NCBI GenBank assembly: GCA_023231475.1
Contig: JALJEE010002072.1
Coordinates: forward strand, 1 to 64,000
DNA: 64,000 bases
Direction of reading: 5' to 3'
Source of the DNA: Seison nebaliae
Taxonomy: Eukaryota
A program made the position numbers and the translations under genes. Shown piece by piece: positions 37,665-48,999 of the stretch. Under the pieces are notes generated by a model that was not told the DNA's origin, did not search any database, and saw only the letters and a list, made by a program, of their open reading frames with translations. Position 1 is the first letter of the stretch, and every line of letters starts with the position of its first letter.

Positions 37665-38712
37665 TTAATATTCCTCACCATCATCATAAGCGTCATCATA
37701 TCCCGTTCCTGAATTGGTACCATAACCATCACCGTCACTCGTTGGTAACGAATTATTATAATTGTAAGTACCTGACGACTCACTTGACATCGTTAATAAA
37801 TCGGCTTTAGTAAATTTCATTCGAGGTTCAACAGCTGGTAAACGTAGAACTGGATCTTGTCCACTATTCCCATGAACAATGAACCATAAAGCTTCATAAG
37901 CTTGTTGACGAATTGAACGAAATTTCGTCAAATCGAACGGTGTAAATCGGAAGAGATATCTAAGTCGTGGTTCTTCCATTGTATGGAATCGAATCATATT
38001 CATAATTCCTGGTGTTTGCCATTCACGTTCGTCTAAATCGTAAGCAATCCAGGAAAGTGCAGCAAAAAATACTTCATATTCTTCACTAAACAATTTTGAA
38101 GATTTATTCGAAATTCATTCAATGAGAATTCGAAACTTCATCACCATGGCATCTTGTCCTAATAATGCCACTACTTGATCGTAACTTAATTCATAGAATT
38201 CTAAAGACGAATCCCATTCTTTCACTGGTGTCCGATGAAGGATTTGAGTATACTCATTCATCGTACCGAATTGAGTGATGTTATTTAATGTAAATAAATC
38301 TGATGTATCATTCTTCTATAAAAATTCAAAAGAAACTTTTCTTTTATCAATTAAACAAAATATAACATTTAAATACTCGATACATTTAAATTGTAAATCT
38401 TCCATTTCTAATCTTTCCGCCGTCAACAATGTCGTATGAGCTTTCCTCACGTCGAAGTTGAACGGGGTTCGTCCATTATAAATATAGTTTCTAACCATTA
38501 ACAATCCTTCATGTGAGGCACCTAACACTTCAACCTAACATCAATTCAGTTACCAGAACATTTTCAATATTTTTAGTCAATCATCCTTTAACTTTACTTC
38601 CTGCTGAAGCTTTTGCTACGATCGGTTTCAGATGAGGACTCGCCTCCATGATGAGTGTCCGATCCATTTCTACAGCTTCACCATGCGACGGTTGAAGGAG
38701 CACTGTAGCCAT
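37665..38712 (-). CDS. BTB-BACK domain protein without Kelch repeats, about 4 exons
   Basis: MATVLLQ...DRTLIMEASPHLK / ...RNYIYNG...LLTAERLEMEDLQFKCIEYLN / ...EFYELSYDQVVALL / EEYEVFFAALSWIAYDLDER...MNMIRFHTM, then a short acidic tail. Confidence 0.8.
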
Positions 38713-40037
38713 TGATGATAAATGAAAGTAAAATCAAAATATTTTTTATATTAATTGATGAAAAGATAAATTTTTATTTCGTTTTTTCATGCCACTAATA
38801 CTTTACGATTATTATATGTACGTGATTGAAGGTATTTTATCATTCCTCCTCCAGATATTGATATGTATTCATTGTTTCATTGGAAACATGACAGTAATGA
38901 TGGAATCTATCATCATTGACCTTTAAAATCTTATTATCTCCATACAAATTCACAATTTCCTCTTCCATCTATTACACAGATAGTTCCATGTAGGAAAGTC
39001 TCGTTTTAAAAACGAAAGTATCAATCTTAAAAATGGCAAATAGGAATTATTTTCAAAGGAGGGAAGTCCTATAATTTATGAAGGAGAAATGAAAGATCTA
39101 TAATAGAAATCGCCTATAATTTATCTTCTTCTTTATCTGATATTCATTTTATTTATTATCGTCTTCAGGGAAAATTTTGCCATTGGCAGAAATAATTGAA
39201 GATACATTAATTAGATAAATTATATACAAATGTGAATAACAGGAAATGGAACGGAAACTTCAGAGAACTTATCAATGTCCGAACTATCGGAGCTCTCCAT
39301 TCAAATTGATTTGTTTAACCATAATTCGACTGTCAGCACATTAATCACAATATTATTATCTTGTCGTTTCTTTTGAAAAAAGGAGAGTTTCTTCCTCTCA
39401 ACAAAATCTCATCTCCTACTTTACCATTATTCAATTGAATAATAAAACATCAATTCGAAAATTTACGATGATGAGGCACTCAATTCAGATCTCAATTCAG
39501 ACAAACTAATTTATATAGATGGTCATTATATCTGTATTATATTATTATAATTCAATAAGATGGTATTCGAAATGCCACATAGTGAAATGAAGAATTGCAT
39601 TGTTTACATAATACTCATTCTGATATGGCCAAATGTAGATAGAAGTCAATTTGGAGTTCTTTCTTCGTTCCCCACCAAAAAAGTTTATGTATTTTCTATT
39701 TCCCGTATATGCGATAGTTGGCGGAGTATAATTGAAGTAATAATGAAAGTTATTGGAAAGTAGAAAAATAATAATTTTTATTTTTTTTTAATTATGTCCT
39801 TCTCTTATCAAACGAAGAGGTTACTCTGTTTTATGTAAATACTTTTTGTTCCCTAGACATTAAGACCCCTTTTTTTTGAAGGATTAATGTCAAATTTCAA
39901 AGAACGATCGACAAGCATTTTGACCTTTCGTTCCTTTTTATTGACTTTAAAAATATCAAATTATTTTCTTATGTTTCTCCAAATAAAATTTTGTTGAACA
40001 AAAATTTTTTTCTTCCTTCTCAATTTTTGTTTCGTTT

Positions 40038-42458
40038 ATGAAATTTTCTGATCGAATTAGATTAGAACTTGAATCCGTTCAGACATTCGTCTCCGTATTG
40101 GTAGGCAGTTCATCGAAATGTTTACGTGAACAACGCGATCCATCTACCATTAATGCACCATCCATCATGAAACGGACTATTTTAGTCGGGACGAAATATC
40201 ACCAAATTTATCATCGGGAAGGTGAAGGAAATGAACCATTTTTTCTTGATTCCATCTTCAATAACCGAACGAGTTTATACGGAGTATATTTCAGTGTCGG
40301 TATCAGTTCATTGGCATTATTACGATGTGCATATATCTATTTTCCGTTAATATGGAAAAGAATAATCAATTCTGTTCACGAATATCATTTCGATGATTTG
40401 GCTGCACAACAAATTAATAGTAGAAGAAGATTATTGTTCGAGATATTGAAGGAAACATTCAAGAACAAATCGGAACCATTGAAGATTCTGGAAATAAATC
40501 CTGGTGATGGTAGTAATCTAGAATTTTATCCGGATGATTGTGACGTCATATTTTACGGAAATAATCCGAATGAATATAGTAATGATTTCTTTTATTATTA
40601 TCATGATGTGAATATGAAGAGGATGATTGAGAAAGAAGAAAAAATCCGTCTTTCACAATTACCACCAGAAATTCCGGAAATTATCATAAACGATGAGAAA
40701 TCGGATTATAATCAATTAAACGATAAAAAATCATCATTTTCTTTGAAATTGAAGATTCTCATTAATTTTCTGAACGGACGATTAATTTTATTTGACTGGA
40801 TAAAATGGCATCAAATTCATTTCCCGAATCTCATTATTCAATCAGTTAATTTCATTGAATCGATAATTGAAGATTTTGTGAACAAATATACAAATTTACA
40901 ATTTCAATTTCCATCGATTAACAAATATCCAGAAAAAGATAATGTACCGATAATTCTTTCACAAACTAATAACGATATGAATGATAATTCAATTTTATCA
41001 ATCAGTTCCATCGATACTCAGAAAAATAATTCTCCAGTTTTTGTGGGATATTCGAATCATAATCAAAATAATTTACTCGAAGTAAATAATTGGAAGGATT
41101 CATTTCGGAATGATGAATTCTTTAAATTTACATTAAATTCCAATTTTGGACCGAAATTATCAGCTTCACGACGACATCGAACAAGAACGATGTGTGAACC
41201 GTTTTCAACGGAACATATGAGTGATCCTGATATTTTGACAATGAGGAAAAGAGTCTCATCAATTAACGAACGCTTGAACAGTAAAGAAACAACGCCAAAT
41301 CAATCTCCAGCAGTATCGAAACAAACATCTATTAGACAACCGAGACCTTTAACCAAATCGGTAAGTGACACAAAAACCATCACTGTTAAACAATTGATGC
41401 AATTGAAAGAGAAGAGAATGGTATCAATAAATAATTTGATGGAAGATCAAATAATTGATGATTCGTCCACTTATTATCAACAGAAGAAGAATGAACATAT
41501 TCGAGGATATAGAACACAATTGAGTGAATTGTCTTGCAAATTAAATGACGAAATACTCAATGAAGAATTTGAAGATGATAAACAAAAGTCCTTTCCTAAA
41601 AAAGATGAAGATAATGATTACTTTTACACATCGGATGACGACGATCGATTGGTTCAATTGAAGTTATCCAACAATCACTTTGATGATGATAGATCAGTTG
41701 AAGAAGATAATTTAGAAGATGAAGAAGATCCTTTCAAAAATTATTCTATTCATATTTCCGAATTACTTTATGGTCATGTATCAGATATATCCAAATTGGA
41801 AAGCATCTCACAAGATGTCGTTATTTCCACTTTATCTTTGTGTCGATTTCCTGAACCACATTGGCCTCTACAAGAAATTTTCCGCATATTAAAACCGGGT
41901 GGACTTTTTCTTTATTTGGAACATATCCGAGCCAACGACTCCAGTATCTGGTTGAAAGTGCAACGATTGTTACAACCAATCTGGTCGATATTATTCAATA
42001 ATTGTAATTTATTAAATCATGTCTCCCCTGAAATATTCCGACGTTTCGATCGGAGACATATCGCTCGTCACTTCAGTTTTAGTGATGCAGAAACTTTCCG
42101 TCAAATTCATGAATTCAATCAACGTTCATTTAATTTGAGAAGATTCATCTACCGATTTCCTTCCTTATTTTTTGATGTCATTTTTAATTATCCGATCGAA
42201 TTCTTTCAGAACTTTTTCCAATCATCTACAACAACCATATCATCATCAACGACAGATGAATGTGATCAAGATGTAGATTTCAATACGACGGTAGATCAAA
42301 ATTCTCTATTTCGAATTGGTAGACAACGAACAAATACGGAATGGCAACCGAAGTCTTCCATAAAAATCATTCATCATCAACATTTCTCATTAAGTTCACT
42401 TCCATTCTATCTCTCTTTCTTGAGACCACATGCAGTTGGCGTCATACAGAAACAATAA
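40038..42458 (+). CDS. METTL7/TMT1-like class I methyltransferase interrupted by large in-frame insertions; single exon
   Basis: N-terminal hydrophobic segment. RRRLLFEILKE..EPLKILEINPGDGSNLEFYPDDC (motif I region). Much later DVVISTLSLC..PLQEIFRILKPGGLFLYLEHIRA..QRLLQPIWSILFNNCNL, and terminal LRPHAVGVIQK. All parallel METTL7A/B. Confidence 0.8.
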   Translation: MKFSDRIRLELESVQTFVSVLVGSSSKCLREQRDPSTINAPSIMKRTILVGTKYHQIYHREGEGNEPFFLDSIFNNRTSLYGVYFSVGISSLALLRCAYIYFPLIWKRIINSVHEYHFDDLAAQQINSRRRLLFEILKETFKNKSEPLKILEINPGDGSNLEFYPDDCDVIFYGNNPNEYSNDFFYYYHDVNMKRMIEKEEKIRLSQLPPEIPEIIINDEKSDYNQLNDKKSSFSLKLKILINFLNGRLILFDWIKWHQIHFPNLIIQSVNFIESIIEDFVNKYTNLQFQFPSINKYPEKDNVPIILSQTNNDMNDNSILSISSIDTQKNNSPVFVGYSNHNQNNLLEVNNWKDSFRNDEFFKFTLNSNFGPKLSASRRHRTRTMCEPFSTEHMSDPDILTMRKRVSSINERLNSKETTPNQSPAVSKQTSIRQPRPLTKSVSDTKTITVKQLMQLKEKRMVSINNLMEDQIIDDSSTYYQQKKNEHIRGYRTQLSELSCKLNDEILNEEFEDDKQKSFPKKDEDNDYFYTSDDDDRLVQLKLSNNHFDDDRSVEEDNLEDEEDPFKNYSIHISELLYGHVSDISKLESISQDVVISTLSLCRFPEPHWPLQEIFRILKPGGLFLYLEHIRANDSSIWLKVQRLLQPIWSILFNNCNLLNHVSPEIFRRFDRRHIARHFSFSDAETFRQIHEFNQRSFNLRRFIYRFPSLFFDVIFNYPIEFFQNFFQSSTTTISSSTTDECDQDVDFNTTVDQNSLFRIGRQRTNTEWQPKSSIKIIHHQHFSLSSLPFYLSFLRPHAVGVIQKQ

Positions 42459-42556
42459 AATTCTCCCATATTCAAAAATTTTATGTAAAAATTATAGTAA
42501 GAAAATAAAAGTTTTATATTAAACTTTTTGTACGACGTTAATTTTCAATGTTAAGG

Positions 42557-42685
42557 GAAATTATGAAAATAAAATGAATTTTTATCGTTAAAAAAAATTA
42601 ATTTTTATCTTTAAAAAAAATTATGAAATTAAAATGAAATTTTATCATTAAAGAAAATTATGAAAATCTAATCAAATTTTATCTA
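42557..42685. repeat. Degenerate AT-rich tandem repeat (~37-bp unit AAATTATGAAA..AAAATGAA.TTTTATC)
   Basis: Three near-complete copies plus a partial one. Confidence 0.6.
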
Positions 42686-44779
42686 AAAAAACCATCTTTA
42701 TATTATGACATAAATATTACATTAATTTTACATGTAATGGAAAATTAGACAAAATGTTCATTTGATTTCTTTTGACTCAGTGAGGAGTTTGGAATAAAAT
42801 TTAGTAGAAACTTTACTTGGAAATAGTTTATTGAAAGATAATTCGATATGTTTCATTGTAATATCTAATTATGGGATCCTATTGCTGGAAGACAGTGTCC
42901 TGTTACGCGACAGACGTGACATAATAAAATGTGATGAATAATTGTTAGAACAAATACAAATGTGCTCTCAATTGAAGAAAGGAAAGAGAGAAAGAACGAG
43001 AAAATGAGAGAACGAGAGAATCAGAACGAGAATGGAATTCTCTTCTTGGAGTTCCATCGTCTGTTTCATGATTGATTGATCATTCTTTAACATCATCAAA
43101 TATTCATTATATTTTCCATTTACTCACCAACATCCTCATGTTCGCCATATGGACTTTGACATAATTCTCGACCATTAAATCTCACAGCTATTCGTCATAT
43201 GAAACATGTGATGTCGATATCTATCGCATTCTTTCTTTTTTCAACATGGGAAAGTTGACAGTTTCCTTTCATTCTTCCTTTCCTTCTTTCTTTCTTTCTT
43301 ATGATTTCCTCCTTCAAATACGCGTCATTAAATAAAATTGATCAATTGAATTACCTTCTAACCTTTTCGTCTTGTGATTAGGAAAAGTAAACACCTAATT
43401 CCTTATCATCGATTCTTCTTTTTTAATGACGTTTTCTATTGGTCTCTTCTGAATACGAGTAGCGTGGTATGATGTATCGTTGTGTAGAGTGAAATCATAT
43501 ATTTCATTGAACGGTAGAAGAAGATATGAGGTTTTATGTTGAAGTCGAAGGATCGTTATCGACAACGATAATTCCTCAAATGTTCTTTCATTGACATCAT
43601 GAATTTTATTAATAATTATAAATCATGAAACTTATAAATATGATGTTCAGTTAAATGAAATCGGAAAAGAATATCTTTGTTTGGAAATCATTCTAATATC
43701 GTTCGAGTTCTACACACGACATCTTGTTCTTTTAATCCGATTTCTATACTTTCATAAACATCATAAGATAATTGTTAGAGAATCCTACAGAATTCTCACA
43801 TGGTACTGTGAAATCGGTCAAAGAATTAAGAAGGAAATTTTCCCTTCAACTAAAAACACTTTCCGTCCAAACCAGAAATTAGGTGGATAATTAATTATTT
43901 AATAATAGTTTCTTTATTTAAATTTATTTCTAACAATCATTTCCACTCATCGTAATGAGTTGACTAGTTAGTAAAGTTAATTGGAGTTTAAACGTATAAT
44001 AAATGTATAATATGTAATAATAAATTATGTTTCTTTACTTACAATGAAACAAAATCGACGACACAATAGACTAACATCGAAGATAATGTGTAAATAAATG
44101 TGTAATCATTATCATCATTCCTTAATACTATCATCTGTCTCGTTTCGTTGATCGTTGTCATCGTTTCATCGTTAACATACGAGATATAACGATACGATAT
44201 GTCCATATATAAAAAATAGATACATATCACAACTACTCCCTTTTTTTCTCATACGGGCGAATCTAAATTTCTTAAAGGATTAAAGTTGCAAAATAATCAG
44301 ATTTTTCATAAGATTCTCTTGTATCCTTTTCCTTCTCTACTTGTCAGCCACATGAGCGATTAGTAAATAAGAAATATCGAATGGAAGAAAATAATCGTCC
44401 TTAAATCGATCGAATAAAGAGGAGCATTATTTCCAATTTATATTTCTTTCTCAGGAGAAGAAATATAAATTTTTTTATTTCTTTCTCTTTTTCTTTAACT
44501 TCTCTTAATCTCTTCTTCGCTTTCCACCTATTTCTTATTAGAGACACTTCTCATTTCCTCTACCCCCGAAAAAAGGAGAAACTAGGAAAAAGATAGAATG
44601 AGAGAAAGAAGTAGTGAAAGAAAATTATTCAAACAAACTTTGTAGCATTGAAAGAGAAGACAAAGAATCAGGCAACGAGGAATATTATTAGTTTGGTATC
44701 GAAACGAAAAAAGAAGAAATTTGTTTTCTATTCATTCCAATTCTTCTCCTTCCAAATGTACCCGTAATATTGATGGTAA

Positions 44780-46384
44780 ATGATGGAATTATCTTATTCG
44801 CCTGGATTCGTCAAATTACTCAGTCAACACTTTTCTCAAATATCGACTGATCGTTCGCCCACTGTTCATTTAATAGGATCCTGTAAAGACAATTCATCCA
44901 TTCAATTAAAGAATCGACAACGACATTCGATTTCTCCGATAAAATCTTCTCGATCACCTCCTCATAGACATGCAGTCTCCAAATCAACAACTGACATTCA
45001 TCATGCAATTACGGAGAAGAAAGAAGAAATGGTGTTAGTTGATAAATCTTCGAAAGAATTGGAGGAAACGTCGGAGCAAGATGAAGATAATTCGTGGCCG
45101 GCACCAAATACCGTTTCGAGATTATTGAGGAAATATATAAGAAAAAGTCCGGAATATATTTTAGAGAAGAATAGTACAGATAAGAAACCGTCGTTATCCA
45201 AATTTAGTACATTGAAATCGTTCGATAACGTGTCTTCATCATCCGCGTCATCCATCACCTCAACAACGGATGATGATTCAATTGGGAGAAATGAATTGTT
45301 GATATCAAAAGAGAATTTGAAGAAGAATAAACCATCGTCAAACATCTTCTATCGTCATCGTTCAACAATGAAGGCTCATTCATTCAATTATGACGAACAA
45401 CTATTAGTCAATTCATCATCGAATGACAATGGAATGACTAATCAGTTGGATGCTTATGGAAATGCCTCTACTCATTATAAACAGAATGACATAAATAATT
45501 CATTGAAAGAATTGAAACCGATGGCACGAGTAGCACCCACATTAATCAAACAGAATGCATTAAATTATCAAGTAACCAAAACGACTTCGTTACCAACTCA
45601 AATGTCTCCCATGAAATCTTTAATTAATTCTTCAAAGATTAAAGATAATCCTATCAAATCCAAAAATAACAACGATATAATAGGAAGTCAATTACGACCT
45701 ACCAACAGTCTTCCCTCATACGTCAAAACTTTTTATGGTGACACGGTAACAAGTGGACACGATCTTGGTCAAGATAGTATTGACTTGATTCGGAAAAACG
45801 GTCAAGTTAACTGCGATCAGATTGATGATGAAACTTTATATCTCTCCATCAATGCTAATCGATTGACGGAAGAGATAGAAGAGAATGAAGAATCTTTCCA
45901 ATTTGTAGGACAATGTATCAAATTAGAGAAGTCGTCAATCAAAACTGGAAAAAAGAAGAAAGCTAAATTACAATTAACATTCAGTGAGAAAGAACCAAAA
46001 ATTCATGAATATTTCCATGTAGAAGACGAAGATCTTCAACAAAAAGATGTCACTAATTTATACAATTTACCAACAGTTGTCACCACTTCTCATAGAAGTA
46101 AAAATCTGAATGAAGTTTTGAACGATATCATTCCTACGACCAATACAACAAAGGTTGAACTCTACGAACAATCATCAGATGAAGAGAATTTTATGAAAAA
46201 TAATCCGAATATTTCACATAGGATTTCTGATGTCGAACATGAACGAAAACGTAATTTGTCCTTAGAAATCAAACGACTGAAAAATAATGGGAATTTCGAT
46301 GAAATGTCCGAACGTACAGCGACATGTAAACAACGCAAGAATGTTTTCAGTGATGATATTCAATCAAACAATTTATTATTTTAA
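44780..46384 (+). CDS. Largely disordered 534-aa protein; possible taperin/phostensin-family PP1/actin regulator
   Basis: Single long ORF. Motifs YSPGFVKLL, PAPNTVSRL, FQFVG...KSSIK...KAKLQLTFSE...HEY (like the KLKISFSE PP1-docking segment) and terminal NNLLF resemble remembered taperin-like proteins. Confidence 0.5.
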   Translation: MMELSYSPGFVKLLSQHFSQISTDRSPTVHLIGSCKDNSSIQLKNRQRHSISPIKSSRSPPHRHAVSKSTTDIHHAITEKKEEMVLVDKSSKELEETSEQDEDNSWPAPNTVSRLLRKYIRKSPEYILEKNSTDKKPSLSKFSTLKSFDNVSSSSASSITSTTDDDSIGRNELLISKENLKKNKPSSNIFYRHRSTMKAHSFNYDEQLLVNSSSNDNGMTNQLDAYGNASTHYKQNDINNSLKELKPMARVAPTLIKQNALNYQVTKTTSLPTQMSPMKSLINSSKIKDNPIKSKNNNDIIGSQLRPTNSLPSYVKTFYGDTVTSGHDLGQDSIDLIRKNGQVNCDQIDDETLYLSINANRLTEEIEENEESFQFVGQCIKLEKSSIKTGKKKKAKLQLTFSEKEPKIHEYFHVEDEDLQQKDVTNLYNLPTVVTTSHRSKNLNEVLNDIIPTTNTTKVELYEQSSDEENFMKNNPNISHRISDVEHERKRNLSLEIKRLKNNGNFDEMSERTATCKQRKNVFSDDIQSNNLLF

Positions 46385-47363
46385 AAAACGACCATCCATT
46401 CACAGTACAACGACCTCTTTCAGTTTCACGAACAACTTTCAATGATAAACTCTTGTACTTATTTATCTTTCCATTCTTTTCTATAAATGTATCTTAAACG
46501 TCATCATTTTATGTTTCTTGCTTATTTTAATTTATCTTAACAAATTTGATTTAAGAAATTGAATCAAAAATTTTATTCAACATAGAAACAAATGAAAAAT
46601 AATGAAACTTATTGATGAAAATTGTAAGTAAAATAATATGTAATTTAACTGCTTTAGCGAGAAATTGTTGTTAAATTGTGAGGCAATCGTTGTTAGTTGG
46701 CAAATAATTGAAGAGTTCCTTTTGTTCTCTTCATGACCATGCCAGAAGAAAATAAACTTCTTGGATATACCCAAATAAGTTATTGTGCATAATCTTTTAT
46801 TTACTGTAAATTATCTTCCTTTTAAATGGTTGGATTAAAAATTGTAAAAATTGGAAGAAATCCAGACTAACTTCGTTAGTAAAAGAAAATAAATTCTCCC
46901 TACAATCAACCAGAGTATAGTTCAACTATTCTGTTATTGGAAGAGCTAGAGTAACAACGTAGAGTTGTTACATATAGCAACTTCCAATTAATTTTTCGTG
47001 GAGTCTAGATCTAACATAAGAGAAGATTTTAGATTTTTCTATAAAAAAGAAATATTTGCGCACTAAAACTATATAACTATATAACACGTGTAATATAACT
47101 CAACTTTATTCTCTTGCTGTTGAATTTAAGAATATAAATCATCTTTAATATCTAATACCTAATATAATTTGTGTACTTCATCGTTTTTCTATTACCATAT
47201 TTCAGGATATATGTCCGTTAAAAATGACGTGTTTCTATTCGGTCCGTCTATTGAGAGGAACGAATAAATTAACTATGATAACGGAAAGAATTCTTTTCAA
47301 AATTTAGCTCAATCATAATTGAGGCTGCTAAGTTACCGAAAAATTCATTATTCTGTCGTTGTC

Positions 47364-48496
47364 ATGGAGAATTATATCTTATACAACATACTTCAGGAAA
47401 CCAAAAAGGTAAAACATTACAAGGGAAGATTTAGTAAATCTTTAACGTTTTATTCGATTAAATGCATCGATAAGTCTATGATTGATGAGACGAGAAATTT
47501 GGTTAGTGTTTAACGTTAAAAAACTTGAAGTAGATGATGTGTTGATTGAAAAAGGTCAATTTAACGCAACCAATGGATCACAAGAATGTGATAAAATATC
47601 ATGAGTGGTATGAAACGACGAACCATTTATGGATTATTCAAGAATTAGTCGACGGGGGAACATTGCGATCGATGTTGAAATTAGATCGCGTATTCAGTGG
47701 TTGCATGCTTAGATCTACCGTCAAACAAGTTCTCTCTGGACTGCGATATCTACATATAAAAAATATCATATCTAATGCCATCAATCCGGATGATGTTATT
47801 ATAATAAATCCTTTCCATCCGAATAATTGACTAAAAATTATTAATTTTCAGATTGAAATTGATAATTGTGGAATTATACGTTTATGCAATTTCAATTATT
47901 CACATTCGAAAAATGATGATATTTTTCGACTGTATCCGAATTTGAAGAAGAAAGCACAACGAATAGAAAACAAAGAATGTACCGCATTTATCTTAGGTTT
48001 CTTTTCAACTTTTTCATAGTTTTTAAACTCACACTACCACAGGTAATTTTCATTATCTTGCGCCCGAAGTTCTAAAGGGAAGTATTCCTAACGTTGCTTC
48101 AGATTTATGGTCATTCGGTTTCTTGTTATATGAACTTCAACATGGTTCAATTTCTTATTTATTGAATATCATCAATGAATTTTAGGTTTTCCTCCTTATA
48201 ACATTTCTTTGAGTCATGACGGTCGCACTGTCTTGCGGTGTATATCTCAAAATACTTGTTAGTAAATGAAATATATAATATATATTTATATATACGACAT
48301 TAATATTCTAGTGAAATTTGATCACAGTTCAACCAATCGAAGAGATTATCTCAATATTATTCAAGGATTATTAATAGTGGACAAAAATCAACGGTTCTCC
48401 ATTTTTCTAATTTATTTTTTAATGAAATATTAATTTGACAGATTTGATTGGAAACAATTACGACAACGGACGATTCAATTAGGAGATGGCAAATAA
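47364..48496 (+). CDS. ULK4: ULK4-like pseudokinase, kinase domain only, 7 exons
   Basis: MENYILY...YKGR...YSIKCIDKS / ...HKNVIKYHEWYETTNHLWIIQELVDGGTL / ...RLCNFNYS / GNFHYLAPEVL...SDLWSFGFLLYEL / GFPPY / ...IQGLLIVDKNQ / RFDWKQL...GK*. HEWYETxNHLW is characteristic of ULK4. Confidence 0.88.
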
Positions 48497-48999
48497 AACT
48501 ATTTTAATGATTCTGTTTGTAATGAAACTTGTAAATAAATTGTTGAAAAGAAATTATTTTAAAATTTATTTTTTATGATAAGCAAAAATTAGGTTAGAAC
48601 ATATGAGAAGAGGAAATATGATGAAACAGAAAAAAAATCTGAAATAGTTTTAAAAATATAAGAAGGTTCCTCTAAATGGTTGGAATTTTAACACGAATAG
48701 AATTTGAAGAATAAATAAAGTTGAGAGAAATAGAGAGATGGAGAATAATAATTTAACATCAATCTTGTCAAATTAAAATGAGTAGAAAGTAATTACTAGA
48801 ATTGTGTGAATAAAAGTTGTTCAAATGTACAATTTTTGTATAATATAAACAATCTGATGATAACAACAGATCGATATTCGAAATAATTGAACATTACTAG
48901 ATTAAATAGAAGAAAAACACTGTTATGAACGCTTTGGGAATGTCTGGTGAACTAGCCCAATGTCTAATATTTGTTAAAACGAAAATGATGTTCGGATTA

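Noticed and set aside
40600..41750. Intein as explanation for the methyltransferase insert
   Set aside because: No recognisable intein splicing motifs (N-terminal C/S block, terminal HN followed by C/S/T) or LAGLIDADG blocks; composition is low-complexity and disordered.
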